Assembly: GCA_902766965.1 (NCBI GenBank)
Contig: CACXFJ010000081.1
Span: 4,332 to 68,331, forward strand
Length of the DNA stretch: 64,000 bases
Reading direction: 5' to 3'
DNA from: an uncultured Eubacteriales bacterium
GTDB taxonomy: Bacteria; Bacillota; Clostridia; Christensenellales; DTU072
The notes under the pieces are model-generated. The model did no database searches. It was not told where the DNA came from and saw nothing but the letters and a program-made list of their open reading frames with translations. Position numbers and translations under genes: made by a program. Positions 10,101 to 19,780 of this stretch are shown here, in pieces; the stretch's first letter is position 1, and every line of letters starts with the position of its first letter.

Positions 10101-12774
10101 CCTCGACAAAGAGGGCAGGGCGGAATTCTTCGAGCTGCTCATAAAGTACGAAGAAAACCGCGAGATTATAAAAAATCGTCGCAAAGAGATAGCCGACTTG
10201 TTCGGAATGAGCGTCGACGACGAGAGGCTCGACAAAGAGATAAAAAAGATAAACGAACTTTACGAGTGCGCGAAAGTTCTTTTTGCCGACTGCGATTACA
10301 GACAGTTCGAAGACCGTTGCAGAATTCTTTCCGAAAAGAAACCGCATATCCTTATGGAATACTACGTCAGAGCGTACGAAACCGAAACTTCTGCCAAGGA
10401 TAAATTCTCGGAATTGTTCCGCATAAACAGAAAAAATCAAAAAGACGAAATAAATTCCACGATAGATTACGTCACGAACATAGAAAAAAATATCGACTAT
10501 ATACCGAGTTGGTGCAGGTATCAGTCGATAGTGGAAAGGTGCGGAAAAGAAGGGTTCGATTTCGTGCTGGAACCGCTTTCTACGGGAGCAATCACGGCAG
10601 AAGACGTGTTGCGCAGTTTCAAGAAGTGCGTTTATTACAACTTTATTCGCAGCGAACTGTATCTCGACGAAGTATTGTGCCGTTTTTCCGGGCTTACGCT
10701 GGAAGAGACGATGCAAAAATTCAAGACCCTTTCCGACGAGTACGAAAAACTTACGCGTACCGATATATATAACGCTCTCGTATCCCGTTTGCCGAAGACC
10801 GACACCGCGGGAGAACACAATCTCGAAAGGGTGATGTTGTATCGCGCCGAAAAGACGAACATGCAGGGGACTACCATAAGGTCGCTTTTTAAGCAGATAC
10901 CGGAAATTCTCAAAGCGACTTGCCCTTGTATGCTTATGAGTCCCGTATCCGTGGCGCAGTATCTCGACATAGAGGGGGATAAGTTCGATTTAGTAGTGTT
11001 CGACGAAGCCTCGCAAGTACCTACATGCGAAGCGGTGGGCGCAATAGCAAGGGGCAAGAACGTCATTATAGTCGGAGACCCGGAGCAGTTGCCGCCGACG
11101 TCGTTCTTCCATACCGATTACAAGGACGACAACCATTACGAAGTGGAAGACCTCGAAAGTATTCTCGACGACTGCCTTGCCATAGGTATGCCCGAAAGAC
11201 ACCTCCTGTGGCACTACAGAAGCAATCACGAAAGTCTTATCGCTTTCTCGAACTCGTTCTTTTATCATAACACCCTTCTTACTTTCCCGTCGCCGAACGA
11301 ACTCAACGCGAAAGTTCGTCTCGTGTACGTGGACGGCGTTTACGAAAGGGGCGGAACGAAACAGAACAAAAAGGAGGGCGACGTCCTTATAAAACACGTG
11401 TTGGAACGCCTGAAAAACCCCGCGGAAAGGAACCGTTCCATCGGAATAGTTACTTTCAACACGGCGCAACAAAACTACATAGAAGACAAACTTACCGCAA
11501 CTATTCACGACGCCGGTCTGGACGAACTTGCGTTCGACCGCGACGAACCGCTTTTTATAAAGAATCTTGAAAACGTGCAGGGCGACGAACGCGACGTAAT
11601 ACTTTTCAGCGTGGGGTACGGACCCGACGGCAACGGGAAACTGTCGCTTAACTTCGGACCGATTAACCAACAGGGGGGATACAAACGCCTTAACGTAGCC
11701 GTGACGAGAGCGAGGACGGAAATGGTCGTGTTCAGCTCGATAACGGGCAATATGATAGACCTTAACCGCACCGACAGCGCGGGAGTAAAAGCCTTTAAGG
11801 CGTTCCTCGATTACGCGGAAAAGGGTCCCGATATGCTCGCAATAGACGCCGATAATGCAAGTTTGGCGACGAAAGGGCTTGGTGAAAACATAGCCCGCGA
11901 CCTTAAAGACAGAGGCTTGGTATGCGAAAGCAATTTGGGCGTGTCCGACTTCAAGATAGACGTGGCGGTGGTAGACCCGAGAGACAAGGATAAATATATT
12001 CTCGCCATTATAATAGACAGCGAAAACACCGCTCGAATACAATCGGTTAAGGACAGAATAACGATGCAGACGAAGATACTCAAAAAGCTCGGTTGGAACA
12101 CCTACAACCTTTGGAGTATCAATTACTACAATAACCCCCGTCGCGAAATCAACAAAATAAAAGAACTTATCGCCACGCTTACCGAAAAGAAAGTCGTGTC
12201 GAAGAAGACTATCAAGGAAGCTATGTCGCGTTACAAGCAGACCTATAAGAGCCTGTATATAAAACCGTCGGCAAAGAGCGGCGTGGACTACGTGATGAAT
12301 TTTGCCAACGAAGAAGCGATTCTGACGAAGATAAGACAGGTGATAGAAACCGAATCGCCTATGGAAGCCGGGTATCTTACCGATAAAATGCTCGCCGCCT
12401 ACTGCGTGCCGCGTACCGCGAAAAAAGCCGTCGCGCAGATTAACGCGTATATTGCCGAATACGAAAGTTTCCGCAAGGAAGAAGGCGGCAAAGTCTTCTA
12501 CGTGGACAAACCCGTCAACACGTTCCGCCCGGTGGACGAAAGAGTGCCGAGAGAAATCGTAAAGATTTATCCCGACGAAATTCTCGCCGCCGCAAAGTGC
12601 GCGATAGAAACCGCCGTCAATATCGACAAGGAAGACTTGATTAAGGAAGTTTTCCGCCTGTTCAACGTTCCTAAAAGAACGAAATCCGCTACCGAGTGGG
12701 TGGACTCCGTAATAGAAAACGCCATCTCGAAAGGCGATATAATAGTAACCCCCGAAGGTTATTGCAAGATATAA
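7156..12774 (+). CDS. large SF1 Upf1/DNA2-like helicase with DUF4011-like region, restriction-endonuclease-like domain and DUF3320-like C-terminus
   Basis: 1872 aa. Walker A GPPGTGKS lies at 9169-9192 and VVFDEASQ at 10993-11016. Further helicase motifs are VGDPEQLPP, HYRSNHESL, VQGDERD and NVAVTRAR. A PD-(D/E)xK/DUF559-like segment (DFKIDVAVVD...ILAIIIDSE) follows, then a C-terminal conserved tail. Confidence 0.9.
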   Translation: MADKFVINLSCASQIGYYMVQNGISPIQRLYIKNNSTENVENAVVAVTSTPAFILPEERIVDVFQARANLRFDTFGKLSPLFMVAQDRHVDGTVTVRVVVNGEVAAESTVNVSVLAFNECNLLNPESIATFVRRTQDINRYINLAKKKLADWHISDKGNGYGNNGKNAVRNYFAACYSVIAENGFIRQQLPSSAETAIITDFGEVFDSKIATPLELALVLASMAEGAEFNPVIGSVDGKFYVGCFLTEQCFNDVVTDDPSAISGKTGSNELSVISVDALYGGESFEKAEKNANVAIRKANLADYFVDIKRARIMGVRPLPNRVKTEVGYDLIESSDYVTAKAPKKIKEYSADITGENVYSREKQWERRLLELDLRNGLLNFRVSATAVKVLTCALEDFVENVMNTKQFTFHPRPSDVKEGDEKYSATFDDAETLKPLKDYVKYEYLNKKLHTVYSGKEHEKTLLNLFRKGKTLQEESGDSSLYICAGFLRWRENDDDGFKYAPVLLFPVSIKKRGVSSPVYTADVAVEDAQINCTLLEFLYQEFNLDMRGLGNVPLTDSSSVMAVVARIKKEISDRKGWIITDNVFMNALSFTNYLMWNDVRLHIDKMKESPLIRSLIGNSLDPECNCSSDETLTSDDAYIDKEGMYLPISADSSQYEAIASSLRGSFVLHGPPGTGKSQTITNIIVNNIVRGKRVLFVAEKMAALNVVYKRLKDIGVGDFCLELHSDKTHKTDVLSQIIRTLNLTPDVAENDSAEKREEIAADVDKLSSEINAMHRKRYLGFSLYEAMLAYLDNADAPDCLRIDNSFYEKLTLTSFNKHLDLLTELALRAKECGDIEKSPFKFIGRFDYSEEWREDADAMLSVYLMELKHLKQYARELQTLFNMRTISLTGEKLKALYIIADALINDKNVVKFFVNARAADNAKGVAESYSEAVKHGKSIAEGYEKAYGKYPEKISVDDVKAAKAKPLFIPRSVKKIMPADLDKEGRAEFFELLIKYEENREIIKNRRKEIADLFGMSVDDERLDKEIKKINELYECAKVLFADCDYRQFEDRCRILSEKKPHILMEYYVRAYETETSAKDKFSELFRINRKNQKDEINSTIDYVTNIEKNIDYIPSWCRYQSIVERCGKEGFDFVLEPLSTGAITAEDVLRSFKKCVYYNFIRSELYLDEVLCRFSGLTLEETMQKFKTLSDEYEKLTRTDIYNALVSRLPKTDTAGEHNLERVMLYRAEKTNMQGTTIRSLFKQIPEILKATCPCMLMSPVSVAQYLDIEGDKFDLVVFDEASQVPTCEAVGAIARGKNVIIVGDPEQLPPTSFFHTDYKDDNHYEVEDLESILDDCLAIGMPERHLLWHYRSNHESLIAFSNSFFYHNTLLTFPSPNELNAKVRLVYVDGVYERGGTKQNKKEGDVLIKHVLERLKNPAERNRSIGIVTFNTAQQNYIEDKLTATIHDAGLDELAFDRDEPLFIKNLENVQGDERDVILFSVGYGPDGNGKLSLNFGPINQQGGYKRLNVAVTRARTEMVVFSSITGNMIDLNRTDSAGVKAFKAFLDYAEKGPDMLAIDADNASLATKGLGENIARDLKDRGLVCESNLGVSDFKIDVAVVDPRDKDKYILAIIIDSENTARIQSVKDRITMQTKILKKLGWNTYNLWSINYYNNPRREINKIKELIATLTEKKVVSKKTIKEAMSRYKQTYKSLYIKPSAKSGVDYVMNFANEEAILTKIRQVIETESPMEAGYLTDKMLAAYCVPRTAKKAVAQINAYIAEYESFRKEEGGKVFYVDKPVNTFRPVDERVPREIVKIYPDEILAAAKCAIETAVNIDKEDLIKEVFRLFNVPKRTKSATEWVDSVIENAISKGDIIVTPEGYCKI

Positions 12775-12791
12775 TATTAGTTTGGCGTTAC

Positions 12792-12830
12792 AAAAAATTA
12801 CGCCCCGAACGGTAAATTCGGGGCATTTTT
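12792..12830. terminator. bidirectional intrinsic terminator between helicase and DUF2804 genes
   Basis: AAAAAA-tta-c-GCCCCGAA-cggtaaa-TTCGGGGC-a-TTTTT. Confidence 0.85.
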
Positions 12831-12860
12831 ATTAGATTTTGAAAGGGTAAATTCGGCGGT

Positions 12861-13973
12861 TTACCACTTGTTTTCGACGTATTCGCAGAACGCGTACATA
12901 TCTTTAATTTCGAGAACTTTGCCGTCGTCGAGAATTACCGTTCCGTTCCAGAGACCGTGTACCTGATGCGAGTGCATACGGGCGATATCGAGTACGTTGG
13001 TGTCGGAGTGGTGGTCGTAGACGGGAGTCATCGTCATATCGAACCTGCCGTCCTCGGAAACGAAGCGCCATTTATCCATATATTTATCGGGCTTCGGGAA
13101 AACTTCCACGTCGACCGAGCCTATCTTGTGAGCCTTGCCGTCGTAGAAAAGACAGGTTTCCGTAGCGTTGTCTTCGTTGCCGATGCCCCAGGTTATTTCA
13201 AAGCCGAAGATATGTTTTTTGCCGTCCTCGTCTTTAAGATACGTTGCGCCGTTGCCCCAGTACCACACGCTCTTGTAAGGCCAAACGCCGCGTCCCCAGT
13301 CGAGTACGCAGAAAGTGTCGTCTTTCGAGAATTCTATCTTCTCGTCGCCGACTTTGAAGTATCCGCAAGCGGGCATACAATTTTGTTTCATCGTCATAAA
13401 AAATCTCGTGGGGAGATATTCGCCGTTCTTTTTGAAAGGGGTGACTATCGTGATGTTTTCGTGGTTTTCGAAAAGGTCCATCGTAAAGACGGTTTCTACA
13501 AATCCGTCTTTACTCGGTCCGCGGAAACGCACCGTACGGGTGGTTTCTTTCGTGTCCGCGAAAAATTCAAAGTTTTTGTTGACGTAATGCACGGTATTCG
13601 GACGGTCGCCGTTTTCGGGAAGTATATGCGACGGCTTATTTTTTCCGCCGAGCCATAAGTCCATGGAAGAAACGGTTTTTTTCTCTTTTCCGCTCACGTC
13701 GACGAGAGTCGCCGAAGCGTATCCGCCGATAGAAATGTTGGCTATGGATATCTGAACCATATATTTACCGTTCCCAAACTGATAAAAATCCCATTCTTTG
13801 CCACGCCAATGCGGTACGGCTAAGTTACGGTCGTATTCGAATACGTTACGTCTTGCCCAACCTCCCTTTACGAGCAAGTTGCCGCCGTCGTCCAAGAGTC
13901 TCGTTTTGTCGACGTACTCTACCTGATTGCGTTTGTAGCCTAATTCTTGCCAACCGACGTAAGTCTTTTTCAT
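12861..13973 (-). CDS. DUF2804 domain-containing protein
   Basis: 370-aa ORF with a GGAGG-type ribosome-binding site. The sequence pattern (WDFYQF..., VLDWGRGVWPY...) matches my memory of the DUF2804 family. Function is unknown. Confidence 0.7.
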   Translation of the reverse strand: MKKTYVGWQELGYKRNQVEYVDKTRLLDDGGNLLVKGGWARRNVFEYDRNLAVPHWRGKEWDFYQFGNGKYMVQISIANISIGGYASATLVDVSGKEKKTVSSMDLWLGGKNKPSHILPENGDRPNTVHYVNKNFEFFADTKETTRTVRFRGPSKDGFVETVFTMDLFENHENITIVTPFKKNGEYLPTRFFMTMKQNCMPACGYFKVGDEKIEFSKDDTFCVLDWGRGVWPYKSVWYWGNGATYLKDEDGKKHIFGFEITWGIGNEDNATETCLFYDGKAHKIGSVDVEVFPKPDKYMDKWRFVSEDGRFDMTMTPVYDHHSDTNVLDIARMHSHQVHGLWNGTVILDDGKVLEIKDMYAFCEYVENKW

Positions 13974-14048
13974 TATGTATCCTCCCTGAAATAAATAATA
14001 TTTTTCGGCTTGCCGCGATATAAGCCGGAAGCGAGCCGTAAAGTACGG

Positions 14049-15080
14049 TTATTCCGTGGCGGGCAATATCCCGTCTCTGAACGCTGTGTAGCGACTGTAC
14101 CACGCTTTGTTTTCGTCAAGTTCCGCCACTATTTCTTCCACGTCGATATTCTCGTCTTTAAGGTCCTCTTCGGATAGACCGACGAGTTTAATAAAATCGA
14201 CGAAAGGCACGATTTTGTCTTTTTTCGCGTAGCGGCGGTTCCACTCTCTGTCGTTCAACGTGACGTAAAAGACTTTTTTCGATACGCAGGCGTAACGCAG
14301 ATTTTTTTCGGTCATCGCTTTGAGAATACGCAGCATTTGCTTAAAATGTTTGCTCTCGTATTCCGACGGGAAGCCGTATTTGTCGCCGTCGCAAACGGCT
14401 TGATTGTGGTCTACGTACTGCTGAAAGATTTTTCGGTTGCGTTTGCCCATGGCGGAGGATTCGACGTATCCGAAAGCGTTGCCTTCCACGATATGGTTTT
14501 CAAAGACCTGACAAAGTACCGGGTATCTTTTTATGAGTTCGGAAAAGGTCATTTTTTTATCGTCGCACATATATTTAAGAACCTCTTTCGTAAGTTCGGC
14601 GTCGGAAACAGCCGAGTGGATTTGTTCGTGCGATTTTTCGGGGAAGAAGTCGGAATAAAGCTCAATAAGACGCAACCTCGTTTCTCTGCCGTAAATTTGT
14701 CTTGCCACTTCCTGCGTGTCGATAAAACTGTAATTAAAAGAGGGCAAGCCGTAGCGTACGCAGTCGTTCAGGATATATTTCGCGTCGAAGTGGGTGGCGT
14801 GACCGACGGCTATAATATCGTTTGCGGTGAGAAGAGCTTTTATCTCTTCGTAGTACGCGGTGAATTTTTCTTTTTTGTAATATTCCGAATAGGGGCAGGA
14901 AAGTTTTATTTTTTGTATGGCGAAACCCTTTTTGTCGAAAACCGCCCCCGGGTTGATTATCATATTGTCTTTTTTGATGACGTTAAAATCGCTGTCGGTA
15001 AGGATATATCCGAACTCGCATATTTTACCTTTACCGTCGAAACAGTTTGAACATTCGGTGTCGAAAAACAGTAGTCTCAT
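14049..15080 (-). CDS. DEDDh 3'-5' exonuclease with uncharacterised C-terminal domain
   Basis: ExoI FFDTECS, ExoII GHATHFDAKY and ExoIII HSAVSDAE motifs lie in the N-terminal ~180 aa. The C-terminal ~160 aa have no motif I recognise. Confidence 0.8.
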   Translation of the reverse strand: MRLLFFDTECSNCFDGKGKICEFGYILTDSDFNVIKKDNMIINPGAVFDKKGFAIQKIKLSCPYSEYYKKEKFTAYYEEIKALLTANDIIAVGHATHFDAKYILNDCVRYGLPSFNYSFIDTQEVARQIYGRETRLRLIELYSDFFPEKSHEQIHSAVSDAELTKEVLKYMCDDKKMTFSELIKRYPVLCQVFENHIVEGNAFGYVESSAMGKRNRKIFQQYVDHNQAVCDGDKYGFPSEYESKHFKQMLRILKAMTEKNLRYACVSKKVFYVTLNDREWNRRYAKKDKIVPFVDFIKLVGLSEEDLKDENIDVEEIVAELDENKAWYSRYTAFRDGILPATE

Positions 15081-15096
15081 TCTCTTTCCCTTTCGT

Positions 15097-15420
15097 TCAG
15101 CAGGAAACGATAAGCATCATCTTAAAACGTTCTTCTCCGTAAACGGCGTGGGGAATATCTTTCGGCATTATTATCGTTTCGCCCGATTTGACTATCCTTT
15201 CTTTGCCGTCCACGGTAAATTTGCCTACCCCGTCAAGCACGGTCGCCATTGCGTCGCCGCCCGCGGTGTGGGTGGAAATTTCTTCGCCTTTTTCAAAAGA
15301 AAACAGCGTCACGCTGACTTTCTCGTTTTGTACGAGGGTTTTGCTGACTATCTGTCCTTCTCTGTATTCCACTGCGTTTTTAAGTTCGATGACCTCGTCT
15401 TTAACGATATTTTTATACAC
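15097..15420 (-). CDS. cupin domain-containing protein
   Basis: 107 aa with a single cupin barrel pattern (GEEISTHTAGGDA...GETIIMPKDIPHAV). Confidence 0.75.
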   Translation of the reverse strand: MYKNIVKDEVIELKNAVEYREGQIVSKTLVQNEKVSVTLFSFEKGEEISTHTAGGDAMATVLDGVGKFTVDGKERIVKSGETIIMPKDIPHAVYGEERFKMMLIVSC

Positions 15421-15422
15421 TT

Positions 15423-16367
15423 TTATACCTTCTTTTTGGTTTTTATAATCATTATTACCGCGCCGATAAGCAATACCGCCCCTGCTACGGAAACGGCTAC
15501 TATTTCTTTCGTCCCGAATAAAGCGGTCTTTTCGGTAGCGGTAGTCGTTTGCGACGAACTCGCCTTAAACACTACCTTTACGGAAATTTTTCCGTCGGGC
15601 ATAATAAAGGAGATAACGTTGCCGCGTCTTTCGGTTACTACGGCTTCGCCGTCGCAACTTACGAGGACGTAATCGAGAGCGTAGCCTTTTTCGTAATTAC
15701 TTAACGTTATTTCGACGAGACTGCCCGCGGTCATTTCGCCCTCTATCGCTATCTGCGAGTGTTCGCATTCGATACTGTCTATCGCCGATTCGGGATTCGC
15801 GTCTTCGCCGTCGACGGGTTCTTTATTGCCGTCGTCGGAATAGGCGGAGGGATAATCGGCGTAAAGAACCATATTTTCTTCCACCGTAACGGGAAAAGTC
15901 ACTTTTTCGGTGAGGTTTTCGTCGTAATAGTATTCGGCTTCTTCCTCCGACAGGTCGCTTGCGTACAACGTATCGCCCGCAGAAAAACTTAAATCGGTCT
16001 CTTCATCTCCTCGTATAGTAATCGTGCAAACGGGACGAGACGTTATGACGCCTATAAAAGTAATCGTATATCTTCCGTCTGCGAGAGTAGCGTCGTCTAA
16101 GGAAAGAACGTACGGGAAATTAACGGTCGAACCGTTCAGTTCCCACGAATAGCAGTATTCGTCCGTGTCTAAATCCGAGTACCCTTCGTATATAGTAAAG
16201 CCTTCGTAAGAAGGGATTTCCGCAACGATTTGCCCGTCTATCGAATAAATTACGACGATTTCGACGGGGTCGGCGGCGGCGTACGCCGCGTTGAACGAAA
16301 CCGTTCCGCAAAGGACCGCGATTACTGCGACTAATATAATAAGACTTAAAGCCGATTTTTTACGCAT
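15423..16367 (-). CDS. hypothetical secreted/cell-surface protein with C-terminal membrane anchor
   Basis: N-terminal signal peptide, an acidic extracellular region, and a C-terminal TM helix plus KTKKKV tail. Confidence 0.6.
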   Translation of the reverse strand: MRKKSALSLIILVAVIAVLCGTVSFNAAYAAADPVEIVVIYSIDGQIVAEIPSYEGFTIYEGYSDLDTDEYCYSWELNGSTVNFPYVLSLDDATLADGRYTITFIGVITSRPVCTITIRGDEETDLSFSAGDTLYASDLSEEEAEYYYDENLTEKVTFPVTVEENMVLYADYPSAYSDDGNKEPVDGEDANPESAIDSIECEHSQIAIEGEMTAGSLVEITLSNYEKGYALDYVLVSCDGEAVVTERRGNVISFIMPDGKISVKVVFKASSSQTTTATEKTALFGTKEIVAVSVAGAVLLIGAVIMIIKTKKKV

Positions 16368-16502
16368 AATGTAATTTTAGCACAAAAAAAGTCGTATTTC
16401 AATAGCGACGGAACAAAATATTGCAGGTAAAATAAAGGTTTTTTGAATACGAAAAGGAATTTTGCGAAAACTATTTGAAAACAATCGAAACGGAACGGGT
16501 AA

Positions 16503-17261
16503 ATGGGTAAGCCGAAAAACATTCTCAAAAAAATATTTTGTCAGCCGTTTTCGACAGCGGCAAACGGGGCAAAACGCATAATAGAAAAGATAAAAAACTC
16601 GAAGATATGGCAAAAGTATTTCGGCGCGCCGCAGAGTAAGATTAAGACGGGGCTTTATCAAGGGACTTTCGTCAATCTTATTTACGCCGCGTTCAGACTT
16701 ATTACGGGGATACTGTTTTCTTCGGTGTGGTTTATTTCTATGGGGGTGTACTATCTCGTGTCGGGTTGTATGAAGATATTGTTGCTCGTTTGGTACGGCA
16801 AAGCGGACGGTATGCGAGGGAGAGACAGGCTCGTGTACGAATATAACCGTTATTCCGAGACGGCAAGGTTGCTGCTTCTACTCGACGTACCGATGAGCGG
16901 AATGATTCTTCTTATGATAGTCACCGACGCCGGATACGTCTATTCCGGGTGTACGATTTACGTTTCCGCAATATATACTTTATATATGGCGGTAATATCG
17001 GCGGTCAACGTGGTGAAAACGCGTAGGCTCGGCAGTCCGATATTCTCCGCGGCGAAAGTCCTTAACTTTACGTCGGCAATGATGTCGGTGCTCGGTTTGC
17101 AGACGGCGATGATATCGGCTTTCGCCTCCGCAAACAAAAGTTTGAGATTCGTATGCAACGCCGTCACGGGAGGAATAGTGGGCGTGGCGGTCGCGGCGAT
17201 AGCGATATATATGACGGCATATTCTTATAAGGCGAAGAAAAAGCTCTTTTCTGCGGAATAA
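16503..17261 (+). CDS. hypothetical polytopic membrane protein
   Basis: 252 aa with about 6 hydrophobic helices. I recognise no motif. Confidence 0.6.
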   Translation: MGKPKNILKKIFCQPFSTAANGAKRIIEKIKNSKIWQKYFGAPQSKIKTGLYQGTFVNLIYAAFRLITGILFSSVWFISMGVYYLVSGCMKILLLVWYGKADGMRGRDRLVYEYNRYSETARLLLLLDVPMSGMILLMIVTDAGYVYSGCTIYVSAIYTLYMAVISAVNVVKTRRLGSPIFSAAKVLNFTSAMMSVLGLQTAMISAFASANKSLRFVCNAVTGGIVGVAVAAIAIYMTAYSYKAKKKLFSAE

Positions 17262-17286
17262 AAACCGAACGTGGTAACGACATTAT

Positions 17287-17315
17287 AAAAAAGGCGAACG
17301 CAATTCACGTTCGCC
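17287..17315 (-). terminator. intrinsic terminator after ftsH
   Basis: Stem GGCGAACG/CGTTCGCC with a 6-nt U-run on the minus strand. Confidence 0.75.
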
Positions 17316-17335
17316 TTATCGGTCGAGGAAAAAAA

Positions 17336-19510
17336 TTATTTGTTTTCTTCCGAAGAGTCGGATTTCGTTTTTTCGTTATTTTCCGCTTCTCCGTCCGAAT
17401 CCTTTTCGTCGTCCGACGCTACGGGACGGGGGTCGTCTTCGGGAGCGGGGAGAGTGGTTATTATATCCTTTTCGTTTACGATAATAGTCGACGCTTTGTC
17501 GAAAGCGGGCGTTATTATAGGTTCGTCCTTTTTCTTGCTTTCTTCTTCGCGTTTGGCGAGTTTTTCGTCGATATAGGCGTTGATTTCGTCAAGAGGTCTT
17601 TTTTCCATAAGCATATCCACTTCGTCGCCGTAAATGGTCTCTCTGTCGAAAAGGAGTTTTACCATGTTGTCGAGGATATCCTTGTTGTCGCGCAAGCATT
17701 GAAGGGCTCTCTTGTAGTTGACGTCTATAATCCGTCTTATTTCTTCGTCTATTATAGAAGCCACTTCGTCGCCGTAGTTTACCTGCGTCTGATAATCTCT
17801 TCCGATAAATACTTCCTGTTCGCCGCCGAAGAACACGTTGGGAAGTTTTTCGCTCATACCCCATTCGCATACCATACGACGGGCGATTTCGGTCGCGCGT
17901 TTTATATCGTTGCTTGCGCCGGTGGATACGTCTTCTATCACTAATTCTTCGCTGGCTCTGCCGCCGAGCATCATAGCTATTTCGTCGTTAAGACGATTTT
18001 TCGTGACGTGACTGTCGTCGTTTTTCGGACGAGAGAGGGTATAGCCTGCCGCCATTCCTCGGGGAATAATGCTTACTTCCTGCACCGCGTCGCAGTATTT
18101 CATAAGTTTGCCGACTATCGCGTGTCCCGCTTCGTGATAAGCGGTGATTCTCTTGTCGGCTTCGGTAATTATTCTGCTCTTCTTTTGCGGTCCCGCGATT
18201 ACCTTATTGATACCTTCGAGAATATCGGTCATTACGATTACCTGACGGTTGTTTCTCGCGGCGAGAATAGCCGCTTCGTTAAGAAGGTTCGCTATATCCG
18301 CGCCCGAAAATCCGCTCGTCATTCTCGCGAGGAGTTTGAAGTCGATTTCGGGGGAGATGGGTTTGTTGCGAGCGTGAACCTTGAAGATGGCTTCTCTTCC
18401 TTTCACGTCGGGGATATTTACGTAAATTTGTCTGTCGAATCTGCCCGGACGGAGCAAAGCGGGGTCGAGAATGTCCGCTCTGTTGGTCGCAGCCATGATT
18501 ATTATTCCGTCGTTTGTGTCGAAACCGTCCATCTGCACGAGCAACTGGTTAAGAGTCTGTTCTCTTTCGTCGTTGCCGCCGCCGAGCCCCGCGCCTCTCT
18601 GTCTGCCCACGGCGTCGATTTCGTCGATAAAGACTATGCAGGGCATATTCTTTTTAGCCTGCGCGAACAAGTCTCTTACTCTGCTTGCGCCCACGCCGAC
18701 GAACATTTCCACGAAGTCGGAACCGGATATGGAGAAGAACGGAACGTTGGCTTCGCCGGCTACCGCCTTCGCGAAGAGGGTTTTACCCGTTCCCGGAGGA
18801 CCTACGAGAAGCACGCCTCTCGGAATTTTCGCGCCGAGGTTAATGTATTTTTTCGGAGATTTAAGGAAGTCCACTATTTCTTTCAACTCTTCCTTTTCTT
18901 CTTCCGCGCCCGCTACGTCGGAGAATTTAACTCTGGTATTGTTGGAAATTCTCGCTTTCGTCTTGCCGAAAGTAAGCGCGCCGTTGCTGCCCTTTCCGCC
19001 GCGAATGGATACGAACATCAATATCGCAAGTCCTATTATAAGGACGAAACTTAATATCGATATGATAGTAGACCAATTAGTGCCGGCGTTGGGGTCGTTG
19101 AGATTGACGTACGGCATGACGTAATTTTCGCCGTTTTTATTGTGTTTTTCCACTATGTCGGACATAGTGTCGGCGACGTTGTTACGGGAATCGACTACCA
19201 CTTTGAAGTCGCTTTTTTTGTCGTTTTTCTTGAATTCTTCGAGCGAATATCCCTTTCCGTTAAGTTTTCCGTTAAGGGCGGATTCGTCTTCGACTTTCGA
19301 AATAAGCACTCTCGCGGTGTAATTCCCGGTCATGATTATACCCTGAACTCTACCCGCTTCGGCGTATTCGAGAAATTCGGAATAGCTCACGACAGGCACC
19401 CTATCGGCACCCAAAGTCTGCATTAAGATTACCACAACTGCGATTATCAAAACGATGGCTATCAAAACGAATATCATTGATTTCTTATTGTTCTGATTTC
19501 TTTCCGGCAT
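17336..19510 (-). CDS. ftsH: ATP-dependent zinc metalloprotease FtsH
   Basis: 724 aa with Walker A GPPGTGKT, an AAA second region of homology, the HEAGH zinc site and two N-terminal TM helices. Confidence 0.97.
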   Translation of the reverse strand: MPERNQNNKKSMIFVLIAIVLIIAVVVILMQTLGADRVPVVSYSEFLEYAEAGRVQGIIMTGNYTARVLISKVEDESALNGKLNGKGYSLEEFKKNDKKSDFKVVVDSRNNVADTMSDIVEKHNKNGENYVMPYVNLNDPNAGTNWSTIISILSFVLIIGLAILMFVSIRGGKGSNGALTFGKTKARISNNTRVKFSDVAGAEEEKEELKEIVDFLKSPKKYINLGAKIPRGVLLVGPPGTGKTLFAKAVAGEANVPFFSISGSDFVEMFVGVGASRVRDLFAQAKKNMPCIVFIDEIDAVGRQRGAGLGGGNDEREQTLNQLLVQMDGFDTNDGIIIMAATNRADILDPALLRPGRFDRQIYVNIPDVKGREAIFKVHARNKPISPEIDFKLLARMTSGFSGADIANLLNEAAILAARNNRQVIVMTDILEGINKVIAGPQKKSRIITEADKRITAYHEAGHAIVGKLMKYCDAVQEVSIIPRGMAAGYTLSRPKNDDSHVTKNRLNDEIAMMLGGRASEELVIEDVSTGASNDIKRATEIARRMVCEWGMSEKLPNVFFGGEQEVFIGRDYQTQVNYGDEVASIIDEEIRRIIDVNYKRALQCLRDNKDILDNMVKLLFDRETIYGDEVDMLMEKRPLDEINAYIDEKLAKREEESKKKDEPIITPAFDKASTIIVNEKDIITTLPAPEDDPRPVASDDEKDSDGEAENNEKTKSDSSEENK

Positions 19511-19780
19511 TTTTTCTATTTCCTCAAAGGTTAAAATTTTTTTTATTTTAGCATAAACGTCAGGTTATTGCAACAAAAGAAACGGTTTAGTGACAGCCGA
19601 ACTAAGTTGTTTTCGGCTTAAACAAACGTACTCGGAGGGTACCGATGACTTAAAATGTCGCGTTACGCCGAAAAGCGCGAAGGTATAAGACGTTTTCTCG
19701 AAACGTAAGGCGACAATTTAAGTCTGCGCGCGTTAATTTCCCCCCGGAATCCAACGTTAGCTTCGATATAAAGACGGCGG

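Noticed and set aside
9838-12042. 326-aa and 350-aa minus-strand ORFs inside the helicase gene
   Set aside because: They are antisense shadows. The plus frame carries a full SF1 helicase motif set.
18008-19124. 348-aa and 217-aa ORFs on the plus strand inside ftsH
   Set aside because: They are antisense shadows of an unambiguous FtsH gene and have low-complexity composition.
19511-19780. 270-nt intergenic region between yyaC and ftsH examined for an RNA gene or another AATT/hairpin array
   Set aside because: It contains a few hairpins and two AATT-containing words (gaaattaacgcgcgc, aaattgtcgcc), but there is no periodic unit structure and no recognisable tRNA, riboswitch or sRNA signature. 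It is most simply the yyaC terminator plus the ftsH promoter (TTGCAA-17-TGcTAAAAT on the minus strand).
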